Source: Ignavibacteriota bacterium (GTDB taxonomy: Bacteria; Bacteroidota; Ignavibacteria; UBA10030). Taken from it: a stretch of 49,782 nt of DNA. Positions 46,523-49,782 of the stretch are shown here, piece after piece. Every line of letters starts with the position of its first letter. Position 1 is the first letter of the stretch. Position numbers and translations under genes: made by a program. Location of the stretch: the NCBI GenBank assembly GCA_003819715.1, contig RPQN01000018.1, positions 1 through 49,782 on the forward strand, written 5' to 3'. Below the pieces are notes generated by a model. It did not search any database and was not told the origin of the DNA. It saw nothing but the letters and a program-made list of their open reading frames with translations.

Positions 46523-48253
46523 TTAGTTTGAGATCGACCTTTTCCATAATTCAAATGTCAACCACCAATTAACAGTACTTCGCAGATGACTATCACCTTT
46601 ATAATAAGAATCTACAGAATATAGTATTTTGTCTTGATTATACCCGGACCAGTTTCGAACTTCATTCGAATGCGCCAAATCGAGTACGAACTCTTTCAAT
46701 TGAAGAAGGAATCGATCAGGAAGAGTATCTGCATAAGGCTTTGATATTTGATTTTTTACTTTGGTTACCATCCAAGCCGTTGATGATGCAAGATGAAAAG
46801 GATATGTGGTTCCAGATTTTACCAGTGGATAATTCATGAGACATGATTTTTTGGTGCGTATGATATCTCTATAAAGTCTTCCGTTTCTTCTCCACTTCAA
46901 ATCGGTTTTCAAAACCGCTTTTAAAAATGACGCCTGAGCCATGGGCATAAAATTCATGATAGAGGAATCGGACCTCGTCTGTTCTGGTTCCCCAAAATTA
47001 GGCACCCTCGTACGAATAGAGAGGAGATCAACAAAATTTTCAACACCTATTTCATTCGCTGTTGGCATGGTGTGCAATGTCGTATCTAAACTTTGACGGG
47101 CAGCAGAAACCAGCTCTTTTGAATACTCTGGATTAAATATGTCAGCGCGCGTTGTACGCATTAACTTAAACAATGAGGGGACATCCCTGCGGAATAACGC
47201 TGACCGACCCAGTCGAACAATTCGGTTGAGGTACTGGCGACGGGCAATTTCTCCAAACCCGCCATCAATGATCAAGTGCCCATTATTATGCTGCTGCGAG
47301 TAGTACCGTAACTTGAGAATGGAAGATACAGGTTCAACAAGGATATTCTGTGCCACAAAAGAATTAACCAGAGCGATTAATTCGTCTGAATTTGGAATCG
47401 GTTTATTGAGATAATGGCGTTTGAGACTATACCCTCGGGAAAGATCTTCGGAAATACGAACATCAGGATCTAATGGTTCGCCAAAAGTATGAACATCGAA
47501 ATTTATATTTTGAGTATCCAGAAGAATTGATAATAAAGTGCGTGAATCAAGGCCCCCAGACAAACCGAGCGATACTGTATGTCCGTTTGCGGCGGCAGCG
47601 TGCACAAGGGATTCTAATATCGAAATTGCTTGGACCTCATTTTGATTCCCGAATTCCGAACTCCAAGGATGGCTCTCATGCTTCAATACCTTGCCGTTTT
47701 TTATTACGACACGTGAGGATGGCCCCAATCGCTCTATCCCGTTCACGCAAGAATCATACGATAATTGATTAAAGAGCAGCCAGCGCCCGCCTAAAGACGC
47801 TCGATTAATATCATGTTTTTTTGTTGTCTTCGCTACCCAATCGAGGCGAGTGGAGAAGCAGATACCGGCATCACATGTACCATAATAAACTGTACGAAGA
47901 CCTAACTGATCCGTCCAAAGCTCAAGCTCATCCTTGTTCCACCGTAACGCTACAAAATGCCCGTCAAGTGTATCAGTTTGAATAATGCCAGATGAGAATA
48001 TTATGTTCCAATCTTTTTTACTGAGGATTCGTGCATTTGAATCTGATACTCTGATGCCAAGCCCTAAAACAGCCCAACCGACATCTTGCGCTTCAGTTAA
48101 CACCTCGTAGAAGCATGTCTCTTCTATCCCGCCAAGTGCAATATGCAGGTTTTGTGTAGTGAGTTTATATAATGTCCCTGGATATAATTTTTCATATTCA
48201 TTTGTATTGAAATTCTTCTGTCCGGATTTTATGACGCCAAACAACCAGCTCAT
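46523..48253 (-). CDS. Asparagine synthase (AsnB)-like ATP-dependent ligase
   Basis: Ntn-like DGHF...TDQLGLRTVYY, PP-loop LSGGLDSR and GGFGEI. No N-terminal Cys. Confidence 0.75.
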   Translation of the reverse strand: MSWLFGVIKSGQKNFNTNEYEKLYPGTLYKLTTQNLHIALGGIEETCFYEVLTEAQDVGWAVLGLGIRVSDSNARILSKKDWNIIFSSGIIQTDTLDGHFVALRWNKDELELWTDQLGLRTVYYGTCDAGICFSTRLDWVAKTTKKHDINRASLGGRWLLFNQLSYDSCVNGIERLGPSSRVVIKNGKVLKHESHPWSSEFGNQNEVQAISILESLVHAAAANGHTVSLGLSGGLDSRTLLSILLDTQNINFDVHTFGEPLDPDVRISEDLSRGYSLKRHYLNKPIPNSDELIALVNSFVAQNILVEPVSSILKLRYYSQQHNNGHLIIDGGFGEIARRQYLNRIVRLGRSALFRRDVPSLFKLMRTTRADIFNPEYSKELVSAARQSLDTTLHTMPTANEIGVENFVDLLSIRTRVPNFGEPEQTRSDSSIMNFMPMAQASFLKAVLKTDLKWRRNGRLYRDIIRTKKSCLMNYPLVKSGTTYPFHLASSTAWMVTKVKNQISKPYADTLPDRFLLQLKEFVLDLAHSNEVRNWSGYNQDKILYSVDSYYKGDSHLRSTVNWWLTFELWKRSISN

Positions 48254-48262
48254 GTATATCCT

Positions 48263-49558
48263 TTATGTCAGACCGACATGCTCAAAGATATAATCGACGT
48301 GTTTCAGACTTCTTGCCGGATCGAATAACTCATCGAGATCTTTTGGGGATAAGAGTTTCATGACTTCTTCACTTCCGAGAAGAAGCGCTTTGAATTCTTT
48401 TTCCTCTTTCCACACCTTCATTGCCTGTTCCTGGACCATGCGATAAGCGTCTTCGCGCTTCATCCCCTTTTTGGTCAGTGCGAGCAGCACCTCCTGTGAA
48501 AAAATCAGCCCATGGGTTGCATTGAGATTGCGTGTCATATGGTCCGGGTAAACGAGCAGGCGGTCGATTATCCTGGTCATATCTCCAAGTATAAAATCCA
48601 GAAGGATACAGCTGTCGGGGACGATGATCCGTTCCACCGATGAATGCGAAATATCGCGTTCATGCCATAAGGCGACGTTTTCCATGGCCGCGAGTGCGTT
48701 GGAACGCAGCAGCCGCGCGAGGCCGCTGATCCGCTCGCAGACGATGGGATTCCGCTTGTGCGGCATGGCCGACGATCCTTTTTGACCCTTGGAAAAGAAT
48801 TCCTCCGCTTCGAGCACTTCGGTTTTCTGAAGATGCCGGATTTCCGTCGCAAACTTTTCCAGCGAGCAGCCGCACACGGCGAGCGTATTCATGAACTCTG
48901 CGTGCCGGTCGCGCTGCAGGATTTGCGTCGAAATCGGAGCGGGCTGCAACCCGAGTTTCTCACAGACAGAGCGTTCGACAGAAGGATCAAGATGCTGGTA
49001 GGTGCCGACCGCGCCGGATATCTTTCCGACCGCAATTGCTTTCCGGGCGCCTTGCATCCGTTCGATATTCCTCACGGTCTCCGCATACCAGAGGGCAAGT
49101 TTTAATCCGAAGGTGACCGGTTCGGCATGGATCCCATGCGTCCGCCCGATCATGACGGTATGCTTAAATTCTTTTGCCCGACGTGCAAGGACTTCTTTTA
49201 ATCCTTCCAGATCTTTGAGCAGGACATCGGCAGACTGCATCATCTGTACCGCCAGCGCCGTATCCAGGACATCCGACGAGGTCATGCCGAGGTGGATGAA
49301 TCGCGATTCGGGGCCGACATACTCCCCGACATTCGTCAGGAACGCGATGACGTCGTGTTTCACTTCGTGCTCGATCTCGAGTATCCGGGGAATGTTGAAG
49401 TTCCCCTTCTCACGGATAATCGCGACCGCTTCCTTCGGTAACTTGCCGAGTTCCGCCTGCGCTTCGCATGCCAGCGTTTCAATTTCCAGCCAGATGCGGA
49501 ATTTATTTTCGTCTTCCCAGATTTTTCCCATTGCCGGGCGGGTATAACGCTCTATCAT
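48263..49558 (-). CDS. purB: Adenylosuccinate lyase
   Basis: Motifs MIERY, HDV, GRTHG, GSSAMPHKRNP and WHERDISHS. Confidence 0.96.
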   Translation of the reverse strand: MIERYTRPAMGKIWEDENKFRIWLEIETLACEAQAELGKLPKEAVAIIREKGNFNIPRILEIEHEVKHDVIAFLTNVGEYVGPESRFIHLGMTSSDVLDTALAVQMMQSADVLLKDLEGLKEVLARRAKEFKHTVMIGRTHGIHAEPVTFGLKLALWYAETVRNIERMQGARKAIAVGKISGAVGTYQHLDPSVERSVCEKLGLQPAPISTQILQRDRHAEFMNTLAVCGCSLEKFATEIRHLQKTEVLEAEEFFSKGQKGSSAMPHKRNPIVCERISGLARLLRSNALAAMENVALWHERDISHSSVERIIVPDSCILLDFILGDMTRIIDRLLVYPDHMTRNLNATHGLIFSQEVLLALTKKGMKREDAYRMVQEQAMKVWKEEKEFKALLLGSEEVMKLLSPKDLDELFDPARSLKHVDYIFEHVGLT

Positions 49559-49782
49559 TTTCGTCCTTTCGTCGTCGATTCCAGCTTCAGCGAGATGTCG
49601 ATCGTTTTACGGTCGCGGTACACCTTAAACTTCAGAACATCGCCCGGATTGGATTCTACCATCACCGCAAGAATGTCCTTATCGGAATTTACTTTCTCGC
49701 CGTTCACTTCAAGGACGACGTCGCCGATTTTTAATCCCGCAGCCACCGCCGGCCCGCCCTGGGCGATGTCACTGACAATAAC
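49555..49782 (-). CDS. 3' end of a PDZ-domain protein, probably an HtrA/DegP-like protease (partial)
   Basis: GPAVAAGLKIGDVVLEVNG...PGDVLKFKVYRD. Its stop overlaps the purB start. Confidence 0.7.
   Translation of the reverse strand, partial: VIVSDIAQGGPAVAAGLKIGDVVLEVNGEKVNSDKDILAVMVESNPGDVLKFKVYRDRKTIDISLKLESTTKGRK

Noticed and set aside
46523-48253. Lasso peptide or RiPP cluster
   Set aside because: No precursor, RRE or transglutaminase-like peptidase gene is adjacent.
1-49782. tRNA, rRNA, IS transposase or prophage genes
   Set aside because: None was recognised by eye. tRNAscan-SE, cmscan and ISEScan would be needed to exclude them.

Overview
Bacterial chromosomal window, most consistent with an Ignavibacteria/Bacteroidota (FCB-group) organism because four proteins end in T9SS-type C-terminal sorting domains (three with NYPNPFNPST, one with KLYPNP). 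(1) Positions 1-775 hold an integron missed by the ORF track: a decayed intI 5' fragment on + (two stops and a frameshift), an attI-like site, a 286-bp ORF-less first cassette with an unusually long 197-bp attC, and the start of a second cassette running off the left edge. (2) At 1.5-13.5 kb is a minus-strand cluster of four T9SS cargo proteins (two DUF362 paralogues with a membrane N-terminus, a DUF4380-like protein and a CBM9-like protein), followed by a DUF6057-like membrane protein, a TolB-like lipoprotein with CxxCH and a Rid/chorismatase-like enzyme. An output-less Cache/HAMP sensor lies divergent to it. (3) At 17.4-33.6 kb is an AT-richer block: a 7TM-DISM kinase and LuxR regulator, then an operon of a 1614-aa secreted protein, an FN3-repeat protein and a probable beta-barrel whose N-terminal ~250 aa are paralogous to those of the 1614-aa protein. 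This operon is the best candidate for an undescribed surface or secretion system. (4) At 33.7-49.8 kb are mostly housekeeping genes (DEAD-box helicase, HI0933 flavoprotein, M16 protease, asnA, glycosylase, rsmI, nadE, purB, PDZ protease), with two AT-rich genes flanking nadE. All family calls come from motif recognition by eye; no searches were run.
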